Assembly (NCBI GenBank): GCA_030428965.1
Contig: JAUIEE010000001.1
Span: forward strand, 1 to 43,104
Source of the DNA: a bacterium
GTDB taxonomy: Bacteria > Planctomycetota > UBA1135 > GCA-002686595
Direction of reading: 5' to 3'
DNA length: 43,104 nt
The translations under genes and the position numbers were made by a program. Positions 8,685-17,428 of this stretch are shown piece after piece. How positions within the stretch are numbered: the first letter of the stretch is position 1; each line of letters starts with the position of its first letter. Below the pieces are notes generated by a model that saw nothing but the letters and a program-made list of their open reading frames with translations, did not search any database and was not told where the DNA came from.

Positions 8685-9401
8685 CTAACCTCGCAGCGGA
8701 AGGACCGGCGAACCGGAACCGGTTTCGGGAGCGCAGGTCTCGTCGACCAGCCTGCCGTCGCGCAGGTAGAGAACTCGATCGGCCCAGGCGGCATGGGACG
8801 GGTCGTGGGTCACGAGCACCGCGGTCAGGCCGCGCTCGCACTGATCACGCATCAGGCGCATGACGAGCTCGCCGGTGACCGAGTCGAGAGCTCCCGTGGG
8901 CTCGTCGGCCAGCAGCATCCGACGCGGGCCCACGAAGGCCCGCGCGATGGCGACGCGCTGACGCTCGCCGCCGGAGAGATCGTCCGGAAACCGTCCGGTC
9001 AGACGCTCCAGCTGCACCCTTGCCAGGGCTTCGTTGGCTTGTTCACGCGCCTCGCGGCCGGGAGTCCCGTCCAGTTCGAGCGGCAAGGCCACGTTCTCCA
9101 GGGCGGTCAACCCGGGCAGCAGGTTGAAGTCCTGGAAGACGAATCCGATCGTCCGTCGGCGTAGTGCGGCAAGCTCCGCAGCCCCAAGGGTGGCGAGGTC
9201 CTGACCCTGCAGGTGAACGCGACCGTCGCTCGGCTGATCGAGCGCGCCCGCCAGGGACAGCAGGGTCGACTTGCCCGAACCGGACGGCCCCATGATGGCC
9301 ACGAACTCGCCCGCACGGATCTCGAAGGCCACCGGACCGAGCGCTCGCACGGCCCGCTCCCCGTCGCCATGCACCCGGGTCACGTCCTCGAAAGCGAGCA
9401 T
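8685..9401 (-). CDS. ABC transporter ATP-binding protein (MacB/LolD/FtsE-type)
   Basis: Walker A GPSGSGKST, Q-loop FQDFNLLPGLTALENV, signature [14 protein letters not shown], Walker B MLLADEPTGALD, and H-loop THD. The start is ATG 9401 (MLAFEDV...). Confidence 0.9.
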   Translation of the reverse strand: MLAFEDVTRVHGDGERAVRALGPVAFEIRAGEFVAIMGPSGSGKSTLLSLAGALDQPSDGRVHLQGQDLATLGAAELAALRRRTIGFVFQDFNLLPGLTALENVALPLELDGTPGREAREQANEALARVQLERLTGRFPDDLSGGERQRVAIARAFVGPRRMLLADEPTGALDSVTGELVMRLMRDQCERGLTAVLVTHDPSHAAWADRVLYLRDGRLVDETCAPETGSGSPVLPLRG

Positions 9402-9412
9402 CGTCGTCGCAC

Positions 9413-9946
9413 TCAAGGCCGCCTCCCCCGCAGTCGCGCCTCGCACAGCTCGATCCACTCGAGCTCGGCCTTGACCTTGAGGATCAGCGCATCGAGCAGC
9501 AGCAGCCAAGGCAGCTCCGCCTCGGGGTCCGCCCTCCTCTTGTGCTGGGTCAGCTCCTGCAGGCGCTGCATGCTCGCCGCCCGCTGGATCTGGAGGATCT
9601 CCGCCACGTCGACCTGGTCGGCGGCGACGGCCAGCAGGACCTTGATGGCCAGCTCGTCCCGGGCGGGAGGATCGTCGAGCACCGGCTTGCGGTACCAGCC
9701 CTCGAGCGTGCTGCGTCCTTCGACCGTCAGGTTCCAGGTCTGCCGTTCGCGCTCCCCCTCCGAGGAGCTCCGCGAGGGCCCGGTCTCGACCAGGCCGTCC
9801 CGCTCGAGCCGGGCCAGGGTCGTGTAGACCTGCCCCACGTTCAGAGGCCAGGCCCCGGCGGTGCTCTCTTCGAAGGCCGATTTCAGGCCATAGCCGTGGG
9901 CAGGTTCCTGGGCCAGGATGGCCAGAAGGCTGTTCTTGACGGTCAT
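9413..9946 (-). CDS. PadR-family transcriptional regulator (with a C-terminal PadR_C-like domain)
   Basis: The winged-helix core LAILAQEPAHGYGLKSAFEE...GQVYTTLARLERDGLV is the classic PadR pattern. The start is ATG 9946 (MTVKNS...). It is the first gene of the ABC operon. Confidence 0.85.
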   Translation of the reverse strand: MTVKNSLLAILAQEPAHGYGLKSAFEESTAGAWPLNVGQVYTTLARLERDGLVETGPSRSSSEGERERQTWNLTVEGRSTLEGWYRKPVLDDPPARDELAIKVLLAVAADQVDVAEILQIQRAASMQRLQELTQHKRRADPEAELPWLLLLDALILKVKAELEWIELCEARLRGRRP

Positions 9947-9976
9947 GGGGAGGGGCTCCGGATGCGGAATGCCCAC

Positions 9977-9995
9977 GCATACGCAGTATGCATAC
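9977..9995. promoter_or_regulatory. Overlapping palindromes (GCATAC-gca-GTATGC and GTATGCATAC); candidate PadR operator
   Basis: Read directly. The site lies 31-49 nt upstream of the PadR ATG on the minus strand. This is an AT-containing palindrome in otherwise GC-rich DNA. Confidence 0.4.
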
Positions 9996-10223
9996 CCGGT
10001 ATTTCTCCAATCCGAAGGAAGCCGGCGAAATCGTCGGAATCCCCGCCCAAGCGGGCTCCCCGCCCCGCCATCTCGGCACGATTCGAGGCCTGCCCGACGT
10101 CTCGGGCCAGGGGAACCGGGCCGGACCGGCGCAGGAGTCCACCGAATCGGGCTCCCTCCCCCACAGCAGAACTGCGCCGGCCCCTCGAGCGCCAAGCAGG
10201 CGTAGTCGTGCCTGGCTACGGGA

Positions 10224-11795
10224 TCAGCGCGTCCTCAGCTGCAGGTCGAATCCCTTGGGCGTGCGGCGCGCCGCGAAGACGAGGGTGGACTCGAAGGGAT
10301 CACGCTCACCCAGCTCGGGTTCCCCCTGGGCACGCAGGACCAGGGCCCGCAGGTGCTCCAGCTCGGCGTAGACCAGGGCGCAGGCACCGCCGTTCTGGTC
10401 CAGAGCGCCCTGCAAGCCGGAGCCCCATTCGAGCCCGGCTCCCTCGGCACGTCCCAGGGCCCGCAGCCCGCGCACGAGCGTGTCCCGACTCATGCTGACC
10501 AGCATGCGGTGCGGCAGGATGGACAGCCCGCCGAAGTCGCCGGTCGAGTCGGAATCCCCCAGGAGGAAGGTCTCGGACCCTTCCAGCTCGATGGCGTCCG
10601 CTTCCCCGCCCCCCATGTACATGAGGGCTTCCACGGCATCGAAGAAGCGATCCCCATCGACCAGACCTGCCAGCAGCGCGAAGCCCTCTTCGACGTTCTC
10701 GGCGAGCTCGCCCTGGTCGTCCAGCACGTTGTAGAGGGCGAACAGCCCCGACAACTGCTTCAAGACGTCCTCCACAGGGTCGATTCCGGAAACGGCTTCG
10801 GCGGCGGCCAAGCCCTGGTCCACGGTGGCCAATCCCTCTTCCTCCTGGTCGAAGGCGCCGCGCAAGGTGTCGTAGAACGCACCCAGGTTCCAGTGCAGCG
10901 CCCACACGCTCCAGGTCCCGCGGGGAAGGTCGGCCGGCAGCGTCGGCGGCAGAGCGACGAAGGTGTCGGCCAGGCGGGCCGCCAGGGTGTCGGGCGGAAT
11001 GCTGAGCCGGGCGCGCACCTGAATCTGCGTGCCGGGGAAGACGTCCGCGCTCACGAAGAGGGAAGTGCCCTTCTCCAGCCCCAGGAGCCCGGTCGGATCG
11101 GGCAGCACGCCGTCCACCGCCTTGCGCAACTCCTCTTCCGCCTCGGCCACCCAGGGCGTGAAGTCCACGAAGGCTTCGACTCCGTTGCTGCGTCCGCCCC
11201 CTGCGGCGAGGTAGCCCTCGACCAGGGGAGAACGCTTGCCCAGGGTGAGTCCCGACAGGCTGTCGGTGAGCATGCTCAGCACGTCCTCGGGCTGCTTCCC
11301 GGAGAAGAGCCCCAGGGCGAGCGGATGATCGACGAACGCCAGCACCTTGCCCGGCGCCTGGGGCCAAGCGCCGACCTGCACGCTGGCTTCGCCGACCTGC
11401 TGGGTGACCTGACTGCCGCCCTCGAGCCAACCGCTCAGGACCTTGGCCAGGGCGTCGCGGTCGGCCGGGGGCTCGGTCAAGAAGCCGGTCGCGTCGACCC
11501 GGGAGAAGAGCAGCGCTTCTCCGCGCAGCTCGCTGATGACCTCGAGCAAACCGTCGAAGTCGGTCTTTGTCGCCCCTTCGTACTCGCGCTCCAGGCTCTC
11601 CAGAGCGTGGGCTCCGTCCCGAGTGCCGCACAGGTTGATCCAGTCGTTGCGTTCGGCCCGGGAGCGCAAGGCGCCGGGATCGGAAACGTGGACCAGAGCG
11701 AAGGCCTCGTCGGGCACGGCGGCGAGAAGCGAGCGATCTGCCGGAGGTTCGCTCGAACCTGAAAGACCCAGAGAGAGAAGAAGAAGCGTGTTCAT
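10224..11795 (-). CDS. Secreted hypothetical protein (~520 aa, acidic, no family recognised)
   Basis: ATG 11795 gives the signal-like N-terminus MNTLLLLSLGLSGS. Composition is normal (D/E/L/A/G-rich), whereas the two overlapping alternative ORFs are Arg/Pro/Gly junk. Confidence 0.6.
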   Translation of the reverse strand: MNTLLLLSLGLSGSSEPPADRSLLAAVPDEAFALVHVSDPGALRSRAERNDWINLCGTRDGAHALESLEREYEGATKTDFDGLLEVISELRGEALLFSRVDATGFLTEPPADRDALAKVLSGWLEGGSQVTQQVGEASVQVGAWPQAPGKVLAFVDHPLALGLFSGKQPEDVLSMLTDSLSGLTLGKRSPLVEGYLAAGGGRSNGVEAFVDFTPWVAEAEEELRKAVDGVLPDPTGLLGLEKGTSLFVSADVFPGTQIQVRARLSIPPDTLAARLADTFVALPPTLPADLPRGTWSVWALHWNLGAFYDTLRGAFDQEEEGLATVDQGLAAAEAVSGIDPVEDVLKQLSGLFALYNVLDDQGELAENVEEGFALLAGLVDGDRFFDAVEALMYMGGGEADAIELEGSETFLLGDSDSTGDFGGLSILPHRMLVSMSRDTLVRGLRALGRAEGAGLEWGSGLQGALDQNGGACALVYAELEHLRALVLRAQGEPELGERDPFESTLVFAARRTPKGFDLQLRTR

Positions 11796-11922
11796 GGGCC
11801 CAGCATACGGAGCTCGCCGGTGGCCGAGCCGGAACACCCCTCAAAACTGCGGGCCCTTCCCCGCGAAAGTGCTCCCCTGCACCTGAACGGCAGCTCGCCA
11901 CCGCGGAGAGGACTCGAGCAGC

Positions 11923-14835
11923 CTACTCGAGGAGGGCCTGCGCCTCCTCGCTCCAGAAGGCCGCGTCCTCCGGCCGATCCGCCGCTTCACTCAGCCTCGA
12001 GAGCAAGCGGGCGAGAGGTCTGCGCACGCTGGCCGAGTATCCGACGGCCTCTTCCCAGGCGGCGATCAGAGTCTCTTCCGCTTCGTCCAGGGACAGCCGC
12101 CCGGCCATCGCGGCGAGTAAGGTCCAGCGCGGCGGTGGAGCCGCACCGCGCTCTTCGTGGTCCTGGGACACGCGCTCCAGGAGGTCGCGGGCCGTTTCCT
12201 CTTCCTCGTTCTCGAGCAGCGCATCGATCAGGCACAGGCGATCGGTGGTGAGGATCGGAGAATCGGGCGGAAGGGTGCGCTCGTGGTAGGCGAGCAAGAT
12301 CCGGATCGAATCCGCATGGGGACCGAAGTGCTCGAGCTCGGCCAGATTGGCGGTCATCTTGCGCGCCACGTCCTGAGCGTAGGCGTGCTCGTCCCCATAG
12401 ATCCCGGTCCACCCCTCCAGGAAACGAGCGTGTAGATGGGTCGCCTTGTCGATGCGCCGCTGGTCGTGAAAGAGGCGCGCCAAGAGACCGGCACTGATCA
12501 ACGTTTCGCTGTGATCTTCGCCCAGCACCCGCCTGCGCGTCTCATAGACTTCGAGACCAAGATCTTCCGCCTCCTGGTCTCGACCGCTCATGCGGTACTG
12601 GCCCGCGAGATCGTTCTTGACGAGCAACGTCTCCGGATGGTCTTCCCCGTAGATCTGGACGTAGGCGTCCTGGACGGTTAGGCGGAGCTGCTCGCCGCGC
12701 TCGCCCTGCCCGGACTTCGCGCAAACCGCGGCGAGGTTCACCATCGCGGAAAGCGTGTAGACGTGCTCGTCCCCCAGCGACTGGGCCAGCCCCTCGGTCG
12801 CATGGACGGAGTGTTGCTCGGCCTCCTCGAGCTGCCCCAGCATGAGATAGACCAGCGCGAGGGCGTCTTCCGCCACGAGAGTGCGCGAGTCCTCGGGCCC
12901 GTACAAGGCGAGCAGGTTCCCGTAGGCGTCGCGCTGGAGGGCAAGGGCTTCCTCGTACCGTTGGAGATCTTGCAGGAGGCCCGCCAGGTTCTTCTCGACG
13001 GCGAGCCGCGTCCCGTGAGCCGGTGCCAGGACCTGATCACAGAGCTCCAGGGCCTCGCGATACAGAACCTCGGCCCGCTCGAACTCCTCGAGGCCCCAAT
13101 GGAGCCCGGCGAGGTTGTGCAGGGCCTTGATCGTGTCCGGGTGGCTGTCACCAAAGGCCCGACGGCGACGCTCGAGGACCTCCTCCAAGGCCTCCTGGGC
13201 CTCGTCGAAACGTCTGGCTCCGAGGGCGGCGAGGCCCAGGCTGTTGAGGGCGATCAGGGTATCGTCGGCATCGGGATCGGAGTGCCTGCGGCGGTGACTC
13301 AGCACGCGCTCGAAGGCTGAAGTTGCCTCGTCGTACCGATAGGCATCCAGATGGACGTGCCCCAGGAGCTGAAGCGTATCGATCGCGGCGAGGTGCTCGG
13401 GTCCGTAGACCGCAGACGCCCTTTCGAGGATCTCGGTGACCACCGCCAGAGCTTCGTCCGGCCTCTGCTGCTCGTTCAGGGCGATGGCCACACTGCGATG
13501 GGCTCGCAGGGCATCCAGGCTGTCTTCACCCAGCTCCTCCTGGAAGATCCCCAGCGCCTTCTCGGCATGCAAGAGCGACTCCTCGGGATGGGAGATCGAG
13601 AAGTAGGCCGAGGACATCGTCTCGTGGATCGAAGCGGCAACGAGCGGACGACCCCCGAGCTCGTCGTCGATGCGCGCGGCGGTGTCGTCCAGGATCGAAC
13701 GCAAGAGCGTCACGTCGGCACCCTGGGCGACCGCCGGATCGATCCCCATGAGCACGGCCTTGAAGAAGTCGGCCGTACTCTGGGCGCGTCGCCCTTCCTC
13801 ACGGGCTGCCAGGAAGCCGCGCAGAGTTCCGACAAAACCAACGACCAGCGCCAGGAAGACCGCCCCTACCCCGGCCATGATGCCCTTGTTGCGCCGGGCA
13901 AACTTGCGTAGCTGGTAGGCGGCGCTGGGCGGACGCGCCTGAATCGGCTCGTCGGACAGGTAGCGCCGAATGTCATCCGCCAGGGCCGAGGCGTAGGGGT
14001 AGCGCCGTTCGGGCTCCTTCTCGAGCGCCTTGCCGACGATCGTCTCCACGTCCCCACGCAGGGATTGGTTGACCGAGCTGAGGGGCTTGGCCTCTTCCTC
14101 ACGCACCACCCGCAGGGCCTCGATCACGGCCGGATCGTCGGCGGCGTAGGGCATCTCGCCCGAGACGAGCTCGTAGGCCACGACGCCGAGCGAGTAAATG
14201 TCGCTACGTGCGTCGATGGTCCGCGGATCCCCCCTGGCCTGTTCCGGACTCATGTAGGGGATCGTGCCCATGATCTGGCCGATGTCGGTGTGCAGGGTCG
14301 CCGCCTGCACGTCCGAGTCCGTCGCCCGCGCCAGGCCGAAGTCCAGGATCTTCGGCTGCCCCTCATCGTCGACCAGGATGTTCTCCGGCTTCAGGTCGCG
14401 GTGGATGACCCCGCGCTGATGGGCATGCTGGACTCCATCGCAGATGCGCGCCAGGAGCTCGAGGCGGGCCCGCGTCCCCAGGTCGTTCTCCGACGCGTAG
14501 CGGATCAGGGGCACGCCGCGGATCAGCTCCATGGCGAAGTAGGGCTGCACGCCACCGGCGCTCTCGAACACTCCGGCCTCGTGTATTTGTGCGATGCACG
14601 GATGCTGCAGCATCCCGAGCACCTGGGCTTCGAGCTCGAAACGGCGGCGCATGTCGTCGCTCAACACCCCTGCCGTGACGACCTTCAGAGCAACCTTGCG
14701 CCGCGGATTCTCCTGCTCGGCCTCGAACACGGCCCCCATCCCGCCCTTGCCGAGCAGCCTCAGGATGCGGTAGCCACCAATCTGACGGGGATAGCCTTCG
14801 GGGACTCCCTGGTCTGCGGGAATGTCGAAATCCAT
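11923..14835 (-). CDS. Ser/Thr protein kinase with one TM helix and a long C-terminal TPR (TPR_12-like) array
   Basis: Kinase motifs GKGGMGAVF, VALKV, HRDLKPENILV, DFGLAR and PYMSPE. A TM segment (IMAGVGAVFLALVVGFVGTL) follows, then about 600 aa of repeated TPR-like units. The start is ATG 14835 (MDFDIPADQ...). Confidence 0.9.
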   Translation of the reverse strand: MDFDIPADQGVPEGYPRQIGGYRILRLLGKGGMGAVFEAEQENPRRKVALKVVTAGVLSDDMRRRFELEAQVLGMLQHPCIAQIHEAGVFESAGGVQPYFAMELIRGVPLIRYASENDLGTRARLELLARICDGVQHAHQRGVIHRDLKPENILVDDEGQPKILDFGLARATDSDVQAATLHTDIGQIMGTIPYMSPEQARGDPRTIDARSDIYSLGVVAYELVSGEMPYAADDPAVIEALRVVREEEAKPLSSVNQSLRGDVETIVGKALEKEPERRYPYASALADDIRRYLSDEPIQARPPSAAYQLRKFARRNKGIMAGVGAVFLALVVGFVGTLRGFLAAREEGRRAQSTADFFKAVLMGIDPAVAQGADVTLLRSILDDTAARIDDELGGRPLVAASIHETMSSAYFSISHPEESLLHAEKALGIFQEELGEDSLDALRAHRSVAIALNEQQRPDEALAVVTEILERASAVYGPEHLAAIDTLQLLGHVHLDAYRYDEATSAFERVLSHRRRHSDPDADDTLIALNSLGLAALGARRFDEAQEALEEVLERRRRAFGDSHPDTIKALHNLAGLHWGLEEFERAEVLYREALELCDQVLAPAHGTRLAVEKNLAGLLQDLQRYEEALALQRDAYGNLLALYGPEDSRTLVAEDALALVYLMLGQLEEAEQHSVHATEGLAQSLGDEHVYTLSAMVNLAAVCAKSGQGERGEQLRLTVQDAYVQIYGEDHPETLLVKNDLAGQYRMSGRDQEAEDLGLEVYETRRRVLGEDHSETLISAGLLARLFHDQRRIDKATHLHARFLEGWTGIYGDEHAYAQDVARKMTANLAELEHFGPHADSIRILLAYHERTLPPDSPILTTDRLCLIDALLENEEEETARDLLERVSQDHEERGAAPPPRWTLLAAMAGRLSLDEAEETLIAAWEEAVGYSASVRRPLARLLSRLSEAADRPEDAAFWSEEAQALLE

Positions 14836-14958
14836 GGACAGACGATAGCAGAGTCCGGTTCGCCTGCGGGCCAGTTGCCGGGAGGCCCGCCCCTCGCACG
14901 ACTCCTTCGGGGGCAAGGGGCGGCGTTCGACCCCGGCGTGCGACAGCCGCGCCGCAAG

Positions 14959-15402
14959 CTACCTGACGTCGCTCGCCTGCTCGAACTCCAGGCGCAGGCG
15001 CCGCGTCAGCTCCACGAGGCGCTCTCGTAGGGGCTCCCAGTCCGACGCGGTCCGCTCCAGCTCGTCGAGACCGGCGTCGAGCTGGGAGCGCAACTCCTCG
15101 ATCTCCTTGCGTCGTCCATTCCAGGCCGCGCGTCCCTCCTCTCCCAGGGAGGGCACGCGCGCTTCGACGTCACGCTCCAGGACGGCGAACTCCTGTCGTC
15201 GCTCGCGCAGTTCTGCGAGGAGCTCGTCGCGGCTGAGATCGCGGTAGGTGGACGGACCATCGAAGAGGTCGATCAGTCCATCGTCGATGGACTCGCCTAC
15301 CGCGAGGGGGGGCACGGGATCCGAGCAGGCGACGAAGGTCAGCAGGATCAGCAGTGCGAGGGGAACCAGGAGGCGACTCTTGCCGTCATCGGCCGCCCTC
15401 AT
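14959..15402 (-). CDS. Small lipoprotein with a coiled-coil-like C-terminus, translationally coupled to dps
   Basis: ATG 15402 gives MRAADDGKSRLLVPLALLILLTFVAC, a lipobox-like FVAC. The rest is charged and helical (ELRERRQEFAVLERDVEAR...). Its ATG overlaps the dps TGA as ATGA at 15399-15402. Confidence 0.55.
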   Translation of the reverse strand: MRAADDGKSRLLVPLALLILLTFVACSDPVPPLAVGESIDDGLIDLFDGPSTYRDLSRDELLAELRERRQEFAVLERDVEARVPSLGEEGRAAWNGRRKEIEELRSQLDAGLDELERTASDWEPLRERLVELTRRLRLEFEQASDVR

Positions 15403-15869
15403 TTCTCCGTCAGGGCACGCAGCATCCACTGGTGCTTCTCCACGGAAGCCGAGATACCGATGGCCAGGTCTTCACTGATCGGGTCCAACTCGCCGAGCTG
15501 ACCGATCGCGCCGCGCATCTTCCTGACGGCGAGGTCCATGCGGTCGGCCAGCTCCTTGGCCGCTCCCAGCGCCGGCAGGTAGCCTTCGGGAAAGGCGGGA
15601 AGGGAGCTCTGCGCGGACACCGTTCCGGCGCGGCCGTCCGCCGGGTCGCCCAGGGTCAGGATGCGCTCGGCCACCTCGTCCGAATGCAGGCGCAGGTCGG
15701 CCACGATCTCGTCGAGTTGGAGGTGGATGGCGCGGAACTCAGGGCCGCGCAGGTTCCAGTGGGCCTGCTTGCCCATGAGGGCGAGGTCGATCAGGTTGCT
15801 GAGCTGACTCTGCAGCAGCTCCACGGTGCGTTGGCGGTAGGTCGGATCCATTCCATAGGGTTCGGTCAT
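15399..15869 (-). CDS. dps: Dps (DNA protection during starvation protein, ferritin-like)
   Basis: Signature GKQAHWNLRGPEFRAIHLQLDE with ferroxidase-site His/Asp/Glu spacing. The length is 156 aa. An AAGGAG ribosome-binding site lies about 7 nt upstream of the ATG. Confidence 0.9.
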   Translation of the reverse strand: MTEPYGMDPTYRQRTVELLQSQLSNLIDLALMGKQAHWNLRGPEFRAIHLQLDEIVADLRLHSDEVAERILTLGDPADGRAGTVSAQSSLPAFPEGYLPALGAAKELADRMDLAVRKMRGAIGQLGELDPISEDLAIGISASVEKHQWMLRALTEK

Positions 15870-15935
15870 GACTTGTCTCCTTGATTCTTGATTGGACGCG
15901 GGTCGAGTACGGGCATTGGCGGGGGCGCCCCGGCG

Positions 15936-16562
15936 TCAGAAGGCGGCCTGCACGGGACGGCACACCCGTTCGAAACGCAGGTTCGCGGACTGCCAGTCGA
16001 TCACCTCGAAGAAGCCCTGCAGGTACTGGGCGCGTCGGTTGCGGTAGCCCAGGTAGTAGGCGTGTTCCCAGACGTCGCAGACCATGAGGGGCGCCGCGCC
16101 CTGGAAGCCCGCGCCGTGATGCCCCTCGACGGACGTCACGATCAATCGGTCCCCGATCGGTTCGTAGGCGAGGATGCCCCAGCCCTCCCTCTCGACGCCT
16201 TCGCACACGCTGAGGAACTGCCGGCGCAGGCCAGCCATGCCCCCGAAGTCGCGCTCCACGGCCCGCGCCAGCTCGCCCACAGGCTTGCCGCCCCCGGCCG
16301 GACTCATCGAGGTCCAGTAGAGGGAGTGCAGCACGTGCGAACTGCCGTGAAACGCGAGCCTGCGATGCAGCGCGGGGAGCTCGGCCGTGCGGTTCTCGCT
16401 GCGCGCCCCGGCGATGGCGGCGAGGGTGGCGTTGAGCTTGCTCACATCGTCCGCGTGATGCTTGTCGTGGTGCAGCTCCAGCATCTCGGCCGTGAGAAAG
16501 CCGTCGAGAGCATCGGGCGAGTAGGGCAGGGAAGGCAGTTCGTAGAGGGTCGGTTTCATCAT
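15936..16562 (-). CDS. Fe/Mn superoxide dismutase
   Basis: YELPSLPYSPDALDGFLTAEMLELHHDKHH at the N-terminus and DVWEHAYYLGYRN near the C-terminus. Metal specificity cannot be read from the sequence. The start is ATG 16562 (MMKPTLYEL...); the rest of the 526-aa ORF is upstream read-through. Confidence 0.9.
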   Translation of the reverse strand: MMKPTLYELPSLPYSPDALDGFLTAEMLELHHDKHHADDVSKLNATLAAIAGARSENRTAELPALHRRLAFHGSSHVLHSLYWTSMSPAGGGKPVGELARAVERDFGGMAGLRRQFLSVCEGVEREGWGILAYEPIGDRLIVTSVEGHHGAGFQGAAPLMVCDVWEHAYYLGYRNRRAQYLQGFFEVIDWQSANLRFERVCRPVQAAF

Positions 16563-16756
16563 GGGGTGAATTGAGGTTGGCGCTACGTCCGCGACCCGGT
16601 AGGGGCCGTCTTGCGGAAGGAGAGTGGAGAGGGCCGTCAGCTCCGTGGAGTCAACGGGGTTGCAGAGCCGGACCGCCTGGGTCGCTCCGGGAAACGCTTG
16701 GGGCGGGAGCCATCGACGGGGCGCATTCCACGAGTGCTGCCGGGTTCGCCGACCCC

Positions 16757-17230
16757 TCAGGACGAGCGGCTGTCTCCCGCGACCTCGCGCATGCCGCGAA
16801 TCTGTTCGTGGATCTTGCAGATCTGGTCGTACTGGAGAGACAGCAAGGGATGAACGGCGGTACCGACGGTTTCCCTGTCGAGGGCTTCGTAGGCGGATTT
16901 CAGGCGCTCCTCCGAGCGCTCGACTTCCGCCAGGAGCGCGTAGCCCGTATCCGGTGAGACCGTGCTGCGCAGGTCCATCCACCAGTGATGCGCCTTGCCG
17001 AACCAGGTCCCCGAAGTCGGGATGTTCTCCGCGGGCTCCGGCACCTTCTCCTTGAGCTCTTCGACGAAGCGCGCCCGCTGACCGCCGAGCTCGTAGAACA
17101 TGGACTTCAGCGTCGGGTTCTCGGTGATCGCCGCCGCGCGACGGAAGCCGCTGGCGGTGTCCATGTTGATCTGGATCAGCTCGTTCAGATGCTCCATCGC
17201 CGCGGGTTTCAGTTCCATCCAAGTCGCCAT
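16757..17230 (-). CDS. PA2169/DUF2383-family four-helix-bundle (ferritin-like) protein
   Basis: The pattern LNELIQINMDTASGFRRAAAITENPTLKSMFYELGGQRARFVEEL...LLAEVERSEERLKSAYEAL matches this family. The start is ATG 17230 (MATWMELK...). Confidence 0.65.
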   Translation of the reverse strand: MATWMELKPAAMEHLNELIQINMDTASGFRRAAAITENPTLKSMFYELGGQRARFVEELKEKVPEPAENIPTSGTWFGKAHHWWMDLRSTVSPDTGYALLAEVERSEERLKSAYEALDRETVGTAVHPLLSLQYDQICKIHEQIRGMREVAGDSRSS

Positions 17231-17359
17231 CTTCAAAGCGGACCTCCTTGTCGGTGTGGGTTGAGGGCGTGCCCGACGCTTCGACGCCGAGCCACGTGAC
17301 AAGGAGCAAGGGGCATGCCAACCCTCTCCTGGGCCCCTGGGAGACCGATTTCGGGCCTG

Positions 17360-17402
17360 ATCGGGTGGGGTGACCCGATGTTGATCGGGTCCACAGACCC
17401 GA
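17360..17402. repeat. Four alternating copies of a 7-mer (ATCGGGT / ACCCGAT / ATCGGGT / ACCCGA) able to form three overlapping hairpins or palindromes
   Basis: Read directly: 17360-17366, 17373-17379, 17384-17390 and 17397-17402. The repeats sit in the 198-nt spacer between the nei stop (17429) and the DUF2383 start (17230). Confidence 0.6.
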
Positions 17403-17428
17403 CGCTGGCCCGCCCGGCCGCTGCGAGC

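Noticed and set aside
10306-11901. ORFs 10306..11901 (-) and 10353..11762 (+), which compete with the 10224..11795 call
   Set aside because: Both are Arg/Gly/Pro-rich. The chosen frame has balanced composition and a signal-peptide-like N-terminus.
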